Assembly: GCA_964016885.1 (NCBI GenBank)
Contig: OZ024740.1
Span: 36,766,001 to 36,830,000, forward strand
Reading direction: 5' to 3'
Source of the DNA: Eledone cirrhosa
Taxonomy: Eukaryota
DNA length: 64,000 nucleotides
Shown here: positions 11,036-22,104 of the stretch, in pieces
Numbering within the stretch: position 1 is the stretch's first letter
Layout: each line of letters opens with the position of its first letter
Made by a program: the position numbers and the translations under genes
The notes under the pieces: generated by a model
What the model was told of the DNA's origin: nothing
Databases searched by the model: none
The model's input: the letters and a program-made list of their open reading frames with translations, nothing else

Positions 11036-14000
11036 TTACAGACACATACTCAGAGTAGGCCCATTCACTCGGGCCATACTTGCTTCTCTCACCCATCTTT
11101 CAACAAAATGCTGGGAAGAGAGCACTTCCCTCTCTACCCTGATTTTCCTTTTCAAATGAAATTTGAAAAAGTAAATCAGGGCATCACCGAAGAGGTAAGT
11201 GCTCGTCTTCAGCCCTTTCAAACGCGTCCACCATACTATCTCTTTCGCCATGGCCACCAGACAGATAAAAACTGCCTGCCCTTCCCGGCTAAAGGAAGAG
11301 GGTGGGGCAATCCTCACGATGGACTCAGCTGATAGCTGGATCCGTCCTACACGTGACAGCAGGTGTTCGACATAAACCCACAAATCAGCAATGCTCGGAC
11401 ACTGGACGAGTGCGTGGAGGACGGTTTCGTCGCCCTGTGCGCATCTCGAACATGCCCGGCTGACGGCACCTCCATGCCTGTAGAGTTTATCCCGAACTGG
11501 CAAAGCTCCTCGGTAGCACTGCCAGGCCAGGGATTTCTGGAAGTTGTCCATAGGCCCCGGCCCGAAAGTTATTCCGAAGAGATTGGCTAGTTGATTTTCG
11601 TCGACGCCTAGAATTTCCCCAAGTACGTCGTCGGTCTGCCCCTCTACTAATCCTCTATACAACGCCAAGGTGGAGTTTCCACCGATCACATTGCCCGATT
11701 GGTCGAGGGCTGTGAGCGCCTGAAGACATTCCAGTCTCCAAGCGCTCCCTCTCGGTCTTCGCTTGACCCAGGACTGCAGCTCCGTCAAGGAGACGAGCTG
11801 GGGAAAGACGCGTCTAGCAAACGGCGACTACACCTGATCACCCTCGAGGAAGAGGTGGAGATGTCGTAGCCTGAGCGCGTGTCTGCGCATCATCAGCCAC
11901 GGTATGCCCATCCCTCCACGCAGCGGGTGTTGACAGCAGATGGACCGCCTGACCATCGGAACGCGTCCCTTCCACAAAAAGCGAAAGAGCAAACGCTCCA
12001 GCGCAGTCAGTCGAGGCTTATGACAAGGTGCAACGGTCAGACGGTAGTAGATGACAGACGCGATGTACGCGTTAGCCACCTCCGCTCGACTTTTCAAGGA
12101 TAGCTTCCTCTCTGCCCATTTCTGGATGAGAGAAGTCACCCTGTGCGTCATCTCGTCCCAGTTTTTGTCCGTCTGGAGGTCCGGACCGAACCAGATCCCT
12201 AGCAATTTAACCGGTCCGTCCAGCGCCCAACGACGCTGTTGGACGGCATTGACCTGCCTCTCCAGGTGCCGAGCTGCAGGCCCACTGACTTTTCCTGGTA
12301 GATCATTGCTCCTGTCACCACTTCGTATTCTCTTAGTGTAGTGCCGATCGCCTCGATGTGTTTGGCGTTCGACACCGCTAGGGTGACATCGTTCGCATAT
12401 ACTGACAAGGATCTTCCGCATCCTACTTCGCGCGGGTTCCCCCTCAACGTCTCGAGTTTGTGCAGTAATGGCTCGAGAGTCAATACGTACAAGAGGGACG
12501 AGAGTCGACATCCTTGGCGGACCGAGCGCATGATGTTGAACAGTTCCGAAAGGTGACCGTTCACTCTCACCACAGAGCAGATGTCGCTGTGCATTGCATC
12601 GATCCAGCCTCTGAAGACGGGCCCAAAGCCCTCAGGACTGCCGCTAGGTAACGATGGTCGACCCTATCGAAAGCTTTCGACTGATCTAAATTGATCACGG
12701 ACCTACCCGTGCCAGATTCCCTAGCTACCCTCTCCACGATGTATCGCATTAGGTGGAGGTTGTCGTGGATGGATCTGTTGGGAATGGTGCATGTCTGCGC
12801 CTCTCCCACCAGACCACCAACTTTGCTAGCACCTTGGCCAGAATCTTGAACTCTGTGTTTAGCAGAGTTATGGGCCTGAAATTATCTATGTTATCCCCCT
12901 TGTTCGGACACCTTCTCAGCAACACCACCGCACCTCGGCTCACAGAGCTGGGAATTCTCCCGTTTTGTTGCCAGTTGCTGTAGACGTCCGCCAAGAGGCC
13001 TCCGAACAATTCTGGCATCTGTATGTAAAGTTCATAGGGCAGACCATCCAAACCAGGCGATTTACCCCTTGTGCAGCCAGTCATTGCCTCCCGTACTTCA
13101 GCGGCTGTTATCGACTTTTCGCAACACTCCGCCTCAGTGGCCGAGAGCCGCGGCAGTCCGTCGAGGTAGACACGAAGATGCATCCCTTGATCCGGCCCGC
13201 TGCTGCCCCCGAACAGCTGAGCGAAGTGTCGCTGAAAAGCTTCACACATTTGCCCGGGATCGAGTAGCATGCGCGCGTCATGGTCCACCAAAGACCGGAT
13301 CGTGGCTTTGTTGCCACGACGCGCCTCCACCACTCGGGCCCATTGAACGGCTTTCGTCCCCTCGTCTCTGAGAGCACGCACCCTAGCTCTGACAACGCTG
13401 TCTTCGTGCTTTGCATTGAAGAATTGGTCAAGGGCCTATTTCGCCGCAAGTACGTCGGTCGCGATGCCTTTGCTTAGCGCCTCGTCTAAATTTCTAACTA
13501 GTTCTCCCTCTGCTCTATTTTCTTCTATAGCTAAAGCCTTACTAAACCTAATGGAGTCTATTCTAATCGCTCTTTTCAAAGCAAACCACCACTTGTTGTT
13601 GACGATGGCCACCGTCGACGCCCGCTTAACTAGTTCGCTAATCCGGTCTCTGTGGGCCTTGCGCGCTGGTAAGGGCGCGTTTAGCTTCCAGTAGACGGGT
13701 CCTCGTCTATGAAGCCTATCTAAGTCAAGCACACAGATCACGAATTTGTGGTCCGTGTAGCTGACTATCTTGAATTGTGGACAGCCTATGTCGGGGCATA
13801 GACGGCCAGTAACCTGAAAGCTTGCCCGTCTCCGCTGGTCACGTCCTGCACTACCAACTTTCCTTCTGGGTCCAGGAAGATGGCCCGTATGGCGAGATCC
13901 AAACCTCTCCGAAAATCACCCCCCCCCCCTCGATCCAGGACGGCTGGGAGATGCGTACTCATCGTAGTCGCCGAAGATCGGTGCGAAGGCCCGTGCTTCG

Positions 14001-14154
14001 GAGATTCTTGTCTCGCTATTGATCTATGTTTAGTGACCTGAGATCGTTGAGCAGGTGGCCCTGTTTCCATGACGACCCCAAGCCACGCGCATTTATGCTG
14101 CCTATTCTGAGTGAGGTCATGTTGAAATGGAGTGGAAAAGATGGGAAAGACCAC
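11036..14154 (-). pseudogene. Tx1-like ORF2 (APE endonuclease, RT, zf-RVT), frameshifted with internal endonuclease deletion
   Basis: Peptides VYAP, TDHK, YWKLN, GKSPGLDGLPYELY, NFRPITLLNTEFKILAKVL, LDQSKAFDRVDH, SVRQGC, YAND, KLLGIWF and CSRC..DETVLHALVQC across several frames. Confidence 0.92.
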
Positions 14155-14159
14155 TTACC

Positions 14160-15764
14160 TTACTTCTCGTAAAGAAAGGATGGTTTCTCCATCCTTTTCA
14201 CTGCTTGTGGCCTCCTCCGGAAGGATGTCCTCCTGGAGAGTGCTTGCCGGAAGTTTCCGATGTCTTTGGGGAATTTTTGTTTTAGTGTCATGTACGTTTT
14301 CTGTCCTAACTTTTTGTTTGATAGTTTATTTGTTTCCCTGTGTATTTGTTTTTGGAGGGGGAAGGAAGGGGATTTTTTTCTTTTTTGGCTTCTTTTTCTT
14401 TTTTTTTCTGATACCGTTTCCCACTCCTCGTCGTCACAATCTGTCTCCAGTTGCGATAGGTCGGGTAGTGGAAAATCCTCCACAGGCGTTAGTTTTGGTT
14501 GTGGTGTGGTGGATGGTGTAGGCGCTGGTGCTAGTTCTGAAGAGTTGGATGGTGGTGGTGTTGGTTTTGCTACTGTTGCTGGGGTTGTTGCTGCTACAGT
14601 TGCTTCCGTTATGGCTGCTACAGTTGTTGCTGCCATTTCTTCTGCTGGTGGTGTTGATGGTTGAGTCACTGGGGTGGGTAAGAGAGGTGGCCTCAACTTT
14701 TTAGCCTGAGGGCAGAAAGCCCTTAGGTGGGTTCCTTCACCACAAACGACATACCTAGGCCTTCTACCCTCGACAATTACAGTGAGGTGGCTGCCATCAG
14801 TGAGGTCTATTACCTCTGGGATCTTCTCGATGCTTTTTTGGTCCGCTTGGATCAGGAGCTCCATCCCAGATCCGGACCAGTTCTCCTGCTTATCTTTTGC
14901 AATTTCTATTATTTTGGTTTTGGCCTCGATGCCGGCGAGGACGGCAGCCATTAGCCAGGTAATTTCGATGGCCGGTGGAACGTGGGTGACCCTGATCTTT
15001 ACGAGTCTCTGGCCACAATAGCTTGAGACGAGTGTGAAGTCGTCGCTTCTTAATGGAGCCATGGAGTGCCCTCTGGCCTCCTGTGGTGTTCTAAAGAACA
15101 CGTCCATGGTTCCATATTTCTGCCCACGTCTGATGTGGGGTATTTTGCTCACACATGTTCCAAATCTTTTTTGGATTTGGGACTTGGATGCCCGTTCCAC
15201 TCGGCGTTATTTTATGTTAATCGTCCGATAAGACATGGTGCATAGGCGCCGATGCTCCATTTTATTAGGTGGGGGATGACCTTGTACCCATCTTTCTTTA
15301 CCATTCTCTTGGCTTCATCTAATTCCTCCTGAGTTACCTGGATTGTTTCGCATTTTTTGGCTGCTTTGGCAAAGACACGGTGTTGTTATTCTCATTCTTG
15401 TTGTTGCTGTTGTATTTATTGTTATTTTTGTTATTGTTATTTTTAGTTTCAGTTGTTGTGGCGTCAGTGGTGTTCGGTGTGGAAGAGTCGATTCTGGGTG
15501 AATCCATTTCGCTGTCACGGGATAATTTATTTTTTTCTTTTGTTTCTGTTGTCGCTGTGGTGGTGGTGGGGGTGGCGGCTTCAACACCTGCAGTCATTGG
15601 TAATGGCGGGAAATGAATGTCTGCATGAGACAAATTTAAATTATAGCTACTGCTTATTTTTTAGTGTTGACAAACGTAGTAATATTTACAATGGTGGTGT
15701 TGGTGTGAGGTGTTAGTTTGTGAGGAAGGCTCTCAGCTGCTTGGTGCAGCTGTGAGTTGTCCAT
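14160..15764 (-). pseudogene. Tx1-like ORF1 (Thr/Asn-rich N-terminus, CCHC knuckle, Pro/Thr-rich and basic C-terminus)
   Basis: VIVEGRRPRYVVCGEGTHLRAFCP is CX2CX4HX4C with the first Cys mutated; the second copy retains the Cys. ATG at 15764 by alignment with copy 2; frameshifts near 15.2-15.6 kb. Confidence 0.85.
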
Positions 15765-15977
15765 GATTTTTCAAAGAAATTTTTTGTCTGATAATTGTAA
15801 AAGTTTAAATTTTGAGTTCAAGGCCCCAATCTTTTTGAGTCTCCTTTTCTGAAAGCAATGTATATGAACTTATGAACAGTTAACAAAAATTTGTTTCCAT
15901 AAATGGCAATTTTAAACAACTGAAAACAACAAACCTTTGAGGAGCTCACGATGATACGATTTCCTACGTATGCCGCC

Positions 15978-16022
<45 letters not shown>

Positions 16023-16023
<1 letters not shown>

Positions 16024-17259
16024 TTCTGAATTTTTAACATATTTAAATCATTTGTGGAATGACAACTCTTAGTACAAATGCTACGTAAAGCATCCGGCTT
16101 GAGAGCCAAAAAAATTCGGACCCAAAATATATTGTTATAAGGCTCAAATATTCAAATATTCAACTTTGTATTGTACATTGTATATTCAAAAAAGAAAATG
16201 GCTATGAATGGAAGAAGAAGAAACCCCCCCCCCTCTGTCTACACTATATAGAACAGCCAAACAACACCAATCTCACCAACACCAGAAACTAGATACACTA
16301 CCTACCCCATCACCTCTCTGTGTACACTAAACACAACAGCCAGATAACGGCAATTTCACCACCACCACAACCAATCTCAACATAATAATGATAATAATAA
16401 ATACTATTATTAATGTCCCAAGTTTTAACAAAATGTTTAATTCCAGCATTAAGGGAATTTATGTCAACACATGTACGCGACTAACCCCATAGATTCACCG
16501 AACGGACATCGGTAACGACAACGCCGCCCATCCATCATTACTACCACTATCCCATCACCGCCGCCACCACACCTTCATTGCTACCACCGCTACAACACCA
16601 TCAGTACAGTAATATGATCACATCACCACCACCACCACTGCCATCATTACTACCACTATCCCATCACCGCCGCCACCACTCCTTCATTGCTACCACCGCT
16701 ACAACACCATCACTACAGTAATACGATCACATCACCACCACCACTGCCTCAGTATCGACATCACCACCACCACTGTCTCAGTATCGCTACCGCCGCTATT
16801 CTCTCCCATTGCTTCCTGCTAGTTGCTGCCACCACATTATAGAATTCCTACTAAAAAAGAGGAAGGCATCAAAATATATAGATAGACTCAAAAGAAAAAA
16901 CAAACATCAAAACCAAAGCAGCACAGCAACAACAACAAAAAAGAGAAAAACAAACAGAGAAAAACAACAACAACAAAAAACGTAAAGAAAATAAGAGTGA
17001 AGAGAGAAACAAGCGGACGGACAGAGAAGAGAAGGTAAAAACTAAGTCAGACATTCGAACACTACATTACAATGAAACTTATGCTTATTCATTTTGGGGC
17101 TTTTTTCTGCCTGTTTGTTTGTTTGTTTATTTGTGTTCGTCTACAGCGTGGTGATAATGCCACACAAGAGCCAAGTGGAGCGGCGCAACCACCGGAGACG
17201 GTGAATCCACAGATGGTTATGTAACCATACATTCGCCAATCCTCGATAAGAGTGTTTAA
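16023..17259 (+). other. Leader region preceding Dong copy 1, with 2x ~109-bp ACC-rich repeat (16532-16745)
   Basis: Homologous to 21120-22104; shared blocks include ttttt(a)acatatttaaa, gaaaatggcta, aggaaggcatcaaaa, tacattacaatgaaacttatgcttatt and gttcgtctacagcgtg. Confidence 0.75.
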
Positions 17260-20200
17260 ATATCGAACCTAAACAGTTCGAATAACGGTGAAATGGAGAC
17301 TAGAACGTCATGTGACAGACTCTCACCCAACAGGTGCTCCCTGGCTCAGCAGCAGGAACCTGGCTGTCAAACAAATACTGCTGGTGTCGGAGGAAGAAGA
17401 AGAAGGAAAGGGACCAGAATCAACTGGACGAAAGAATTGAATAGAACTGTTATGCAATGTTATCTGAAAAGTAACCCCAAGGAGAGGGGCTATAGGAAAC
17501 GGATGCATAACATCTGGAACGAGATTGGTCTATTTAAATTAGATGAACAAAAATTGGCCGGGCAGGCTCGGGTAATAAGAACTAATGGGTGGATAAGCGA
17601 GCTGGAACTGGAGGAACTGAGCAGAGAGATTAGCTTGGAGATGGAGGGTGGAGTATGTCAGGCAAACGAGCCAGTGGGAAATGAAGGTGAAGAGGTCGAG
17701 AGAACGGAGGAACCACCCGAAGCAGACAATGATCTGAATACTGAGATAAATAATACCTGGAACAGAGATACGGCCACTGAGGAGATGAATGCTGACGGGC
17801 TAGGACAAGATTCGGTTGACATCCTAAATTTAGTGGTAGATGAATTGAACAATGATAGTGGGAGACCTATGAACCTAAGATTTGTAGACAGGAAAAAGTT
17901 AAAAGAAACAACAGCTAAGGTAAACAAAGTCATCCCATACCTTGAGGCGAGGAGCCTTCACCATTGCAACAATATCCTCAAAGCAACTGCAAATACGGTG
18001 AGGAAACTACTTGGTATAAAAGCGAGAGGAAACAACAGACAAGAAAGAGCAGAGCCTTGGTGGAAGAAACGACTGAATGGTCAAATCAGGGAAATGAGAA
18101 ATGACATTGGAAAGCTTGAGTCACTACTGAATGGGACACTAAAAAACATAGGCACTAAAAATAGACTGGAAATAAAGTACAAAACTAGGAGGAAAAAAGC
18201 TAAATATTATCATAGAGGAACTGAAGCAACGCATTGTAGCAAAGAGTGCAAAAATCAGGCGATACGAGAACAGAGTCAGTCAGTATAAACAGAACCGCAT
18301 GTTTGATAACAACCAGAAGATGCTGTTTGGACAGCTTGAAGGGAAAGAAAGAGGCAACGACTTGATCCCTGAGGCGGAACAAACTAAAACAATCTGGAGA
18401 GGAATATGGGAGCAGGATGTTAGGCATAATGACCAGGCAGGGTGGATTGAGACAGTTCAGAGGGAGATCGGTGAGCAGGCACACCAACAAACTGATTTGA
18501 GTATCACAGTTGAAACTCTTAAGGGGCAGGCCAAAAAACTAACCAACTGGAAATCACCAGGCCCAGATGGTGTGCAGGGGTATTGGATTAAAAATATAAC
18601 ATCCCTCCACCCGAAACTGACAACCATGTTCAATGACTGCTTGATGTCAGGTGAGGTACCAGAGTGGTTGACAAAAGGTACCACAGTTCTGATAATGAAA
18701 GACCGAATCAAGGGTAATGATGTTACCAACTATAGACCTATCACATGTCTGTCCGTAATGTGGAAACTGTTGACGAGCATTGTGTCTGAGGAAATCTACC
18801 ATCACCTACACACAAACAACTTGTTACCGGACGAACAGAAAGGATGCCGAAAGAAGTCACGTGGTACAAAGGACCAGTTACTTATTGATAAAATGGTAAT
18901 GGGGAATTGCAGGAGGAGACACACTGATCTTGCTATGGGATGGATAGACTACAGAAAGGCATTTGACATGGTGCCTCATTCTTGGAGCACCAAAAGCCTG
19001 GAGATCTTCAAGGTGGCAGATAACATCAGACAGTTGTTGGGCAAGAGTATGAGGTCCTGGGAAACAGAGTTGACATCAACTGGAGAATCCTTGGGAAGCT
19101 TGAAGATCAAGAGAGGTATCTTCCAGGGAGATAGCCTGTCCCTCTGTTGTTTGTCCTTGCCCTGATGCCCCTGACCAGTGTACTGCGAAAAGTGAGAGCA
19201 GGATACGGGTTGGGAAAGGGAGGGCTTACCATCAATCACCTCCTCTTCATGGACGATCTTAAGCTCTTCGGGAAGAGTGAGAAGGAGTTGGATGTGCTTG
19301 TTGACACTGTCCGTATTTTCAGCAATGATATATGTATCAATTTGGTATTAGTAAGTGTGGAGTCATTGTGATGAGGAGGGGTAAGTTGAGCAGAAGTAAC
19401 GGAATCCAGATACCAACAGGTGAGATGATAAAAGAAATTGACTCTGAAGAAGGATACAAGTATTTGGGCGTTCTGGATGCTGATGACATCAAGAACAAAA
19501 AAATGAAGGAATTGATAAGAACTGAATACCTTCGGAGAGTAAGGAGCGTATTAAAGTCACATCTGAACAGTAGGAATGCCATAAGTGCAGTAAATTCCCG
19601 AGCTGTGTCTATTATTAGGTACAGTGCGGGAATTCTGAGATGGAATGTTGCTGAACAAAAAGAAATGGATAGGAAGACTAGGAAGCTATTGACTATCTAC
19701 AACATGTTCCACAAGAGGAGTGATGTCGATAGACTCTACTTAAGGAGATCTGAGGGTGGAAGAGGTCTTATCAGCATAGAGGACTGTGTTCAGATGGAGA
19801 AAAACAACCTACACAAATACGTGACTGATAGTAAGGAGCCAATGCTCAGAGCTGTACTGAAGGAGGGGACAATAGGCCAGGGATGTCCAAGGCGGAAACA
19901 TCAAGGAGAAAGAGCAGCCTTCAGGAAAAATCCCTTCATAGTACCTTCTTTGAGAAAACTGAATTTAGAGATCCACAGACATGGAACTGGTTGAGAAGAG
20001 GAGACCTTAAAAAGGCTACAGAAGGAATGTTAATGGCTGCGCAGGAGCAGGCCCTCAAAACGAAGTGGTTAAAACACCATATTTACAAGGAGGAGGCTAG
20101 CCCACTGTGCAGGATCTGTGGAGAGAGAGAGGAGACTGTGGCTCACATTGTATCCGAGTGTAAACACCTAGCCCAGACCCACTATAAGGGCTGGGGACAT

Positions 20201-20754
20201 GATGTGATGGGCAGGGTGATCCACTGGCACCTGTGCAAAGTAAATAATTTACCACATTCTGAGAAATGGTATGAGCATAAGCCAGAGGCGGTGATGGAGA
20301 ACGATCAGGTGAAGGTGCTGTGGGATTTTGGGATACAGACGGACAAGAAACTGGAACACAATAGACCTGACCTGGTGGTTGTGGACAAAGAAAAAAGATC
20401 GTGTCTGATTGTGGATGTGGCCTGCCCATTCGACACGAGAGTGCAAGAGAAGGAGAGGGAGAAAATTAACCGATACCAGGACTTAAAGTGGGAGGTAAAA
20501 AGGATTTGGAAATGCCATGAAGTCAAAGTGATCCCGATTGTCATAGGCGCACTGGGGACTATCTCCAAAAGTTTCCAGGGATGGTTAAAGAAAATCGGCC
20601 CCTTCACGCTTTTTGGAACGCTTCAAAAGGCATGCTTGCTGGGAACAGCAAGAACCCTCCGATACGTCCTGAATATCTGAGACTGCAGGTAGTGGCTTGA
20701 TATTCATTCCAACCGACTTTCCAGTTAACTAACATCAATGACTGAGATTCAAGG
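17260..20754 (+). mobile_element. Dong/R4-clade non-LTR retrotransposon, complete coding span with about 4 frameshifts (family A)
   Basis: N-terminal WTKELN..GYRKRM..IW..EQKLAGQ (Myb-like), RT ([35 protein letters not shown]), CRICGE.EETVAHIVSEC knuckle and RPD..D..K RLE. Stop at 20680, then a short 3' UTR and (AAT)n. Confidence 0.96.
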
Positions 20755-20773
20755 AATAATAATAATAAAAATA

Positions 20774-20811
<38 letters not shown>

Positions 20812-20813
<2 letters not shown>

Positions 20814-21056
20814 TTTCTTTATTAACCACAAGGGTTTACATAAAGTAGACATTAAGGACAGTGCAGGACAATGCAGGACGGTACAAATGGGCATTTCTGC
20901 GTGTAAAAAACAAAAACAGAGGATGTAACAAAAAATAACAATGAAAAATTCCCCAATAGGGGGGAGACTTCGGAGGGACATTTGTGGAGAAAGCCCAGTA
21001 AAAAGCCACAATGACCCTGACCACCAAGGCAAGTGCCCTCTCCCAGTTTTCCACCT

Positions 21057-21058
<2 letters not shown>
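20812..21058 (-). mobile_element. Isolated Tx1-like 3' UTR (~247 bp) between two (AAT)n tracts
   Basis: Aligns end to end with 10793-11033. Confidence 0.95.
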
Positions 21059-21119
<61 letters not shown>

Positions 21120-22104
21120 GGAAAGAAAAACGCACATGGTGGATATATGGAATCACTCCCGTAATTTTTTGATTTTTACATATTTAAAACAACTGTGATA
21201 GAATAATTCTTATTATAAATGAAACATAAGATTACAGTTTTTTACTCTCAGCAAGCGACAACGCATCACATTATGACATAGGGTCCCAATATTTAATATT
21301 TAATTTTGGATCAGAAATGTTATAGTCAAACAAGAGGAAAATGGCTACGTGGACAGACAGGCAAATAATTTCACCAACACCACCACCACCACCACCACCA
21401 CCATCACCATCACCACTACCACACCAAAAAAATGTTGCCAAGTTACTCCAACTTCTATTTCTACTTCAACTTCAACACCATCACTACAGTACTACTGGCA
21501 CATCACCACCACCACCACTGCCTCATTATCGTTACCGCCGCTATTCTCTCCCACTACCTCCTGCTAAGTACTATTGGCACATCACCACCACCACCACTGC
21601 CTCATTATCGCTACCGCCGCTATTCTCTCCCACTACCTCCTGCTAAGTACTACTGGCACATCACCACCACCACCACTGCCTCATTATCGCTACCGCCGCT
21701 ATTCTCTCCCACTACCTCCTGCTAAGACAGAGGTATCGTAGTATTCCCACTAAGGGAGGAAGGCATCAAAAGATATAAATAGACTGAATCCATGACCCGG
21801 TCAAAAATTCAAAAAATCAAAAATCAAAATCTAAACAGCACAGCAGTAACGAAAAACGTAAAGGAAAGGAAAAAGAAAAGAAAAACAAACAAACAAACAG
21901 ACAAACAAAAAAACTGAGTCAGACATTCAAACATTACATTACAATGAAACTTATGCTTATTTTTTTAGGTTCTTACCTATTTGTTTGTTTGTTTGTTTAT
22001 GTTCGTCTACAGCGTGATAGTGCCACGCTAAAACCACCGGGGGTGATGAAATCACCGGTGGTTATGTAACCGTACATTCACCAATCCTCGATATGAGTGT
22101 TTAA
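21120..22104 (+). other. Leader region preceding Dong copy 2, with 3x ~79-bp ACC-rich repeat (21488-21726)
   Basis: Homologous to 16023-17259; repeat units start at 21488, 21567 and 21646. Confidence 0.75.

Larger units (their letters stand above)
10793..15977 (-). mobile_element. Tx1/L1-clade non-LTR retrotransposon, both ends present but inactivated
   Basis: Contains a 5' UTR, ORF1 with zinc knuckle, ORF2 with APE remnants, RT and C-terminal CCHC, and a 3' UTR with AATAAA then (ATT)n. (AAT)n lies on both sides. Confidence 0.93.
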
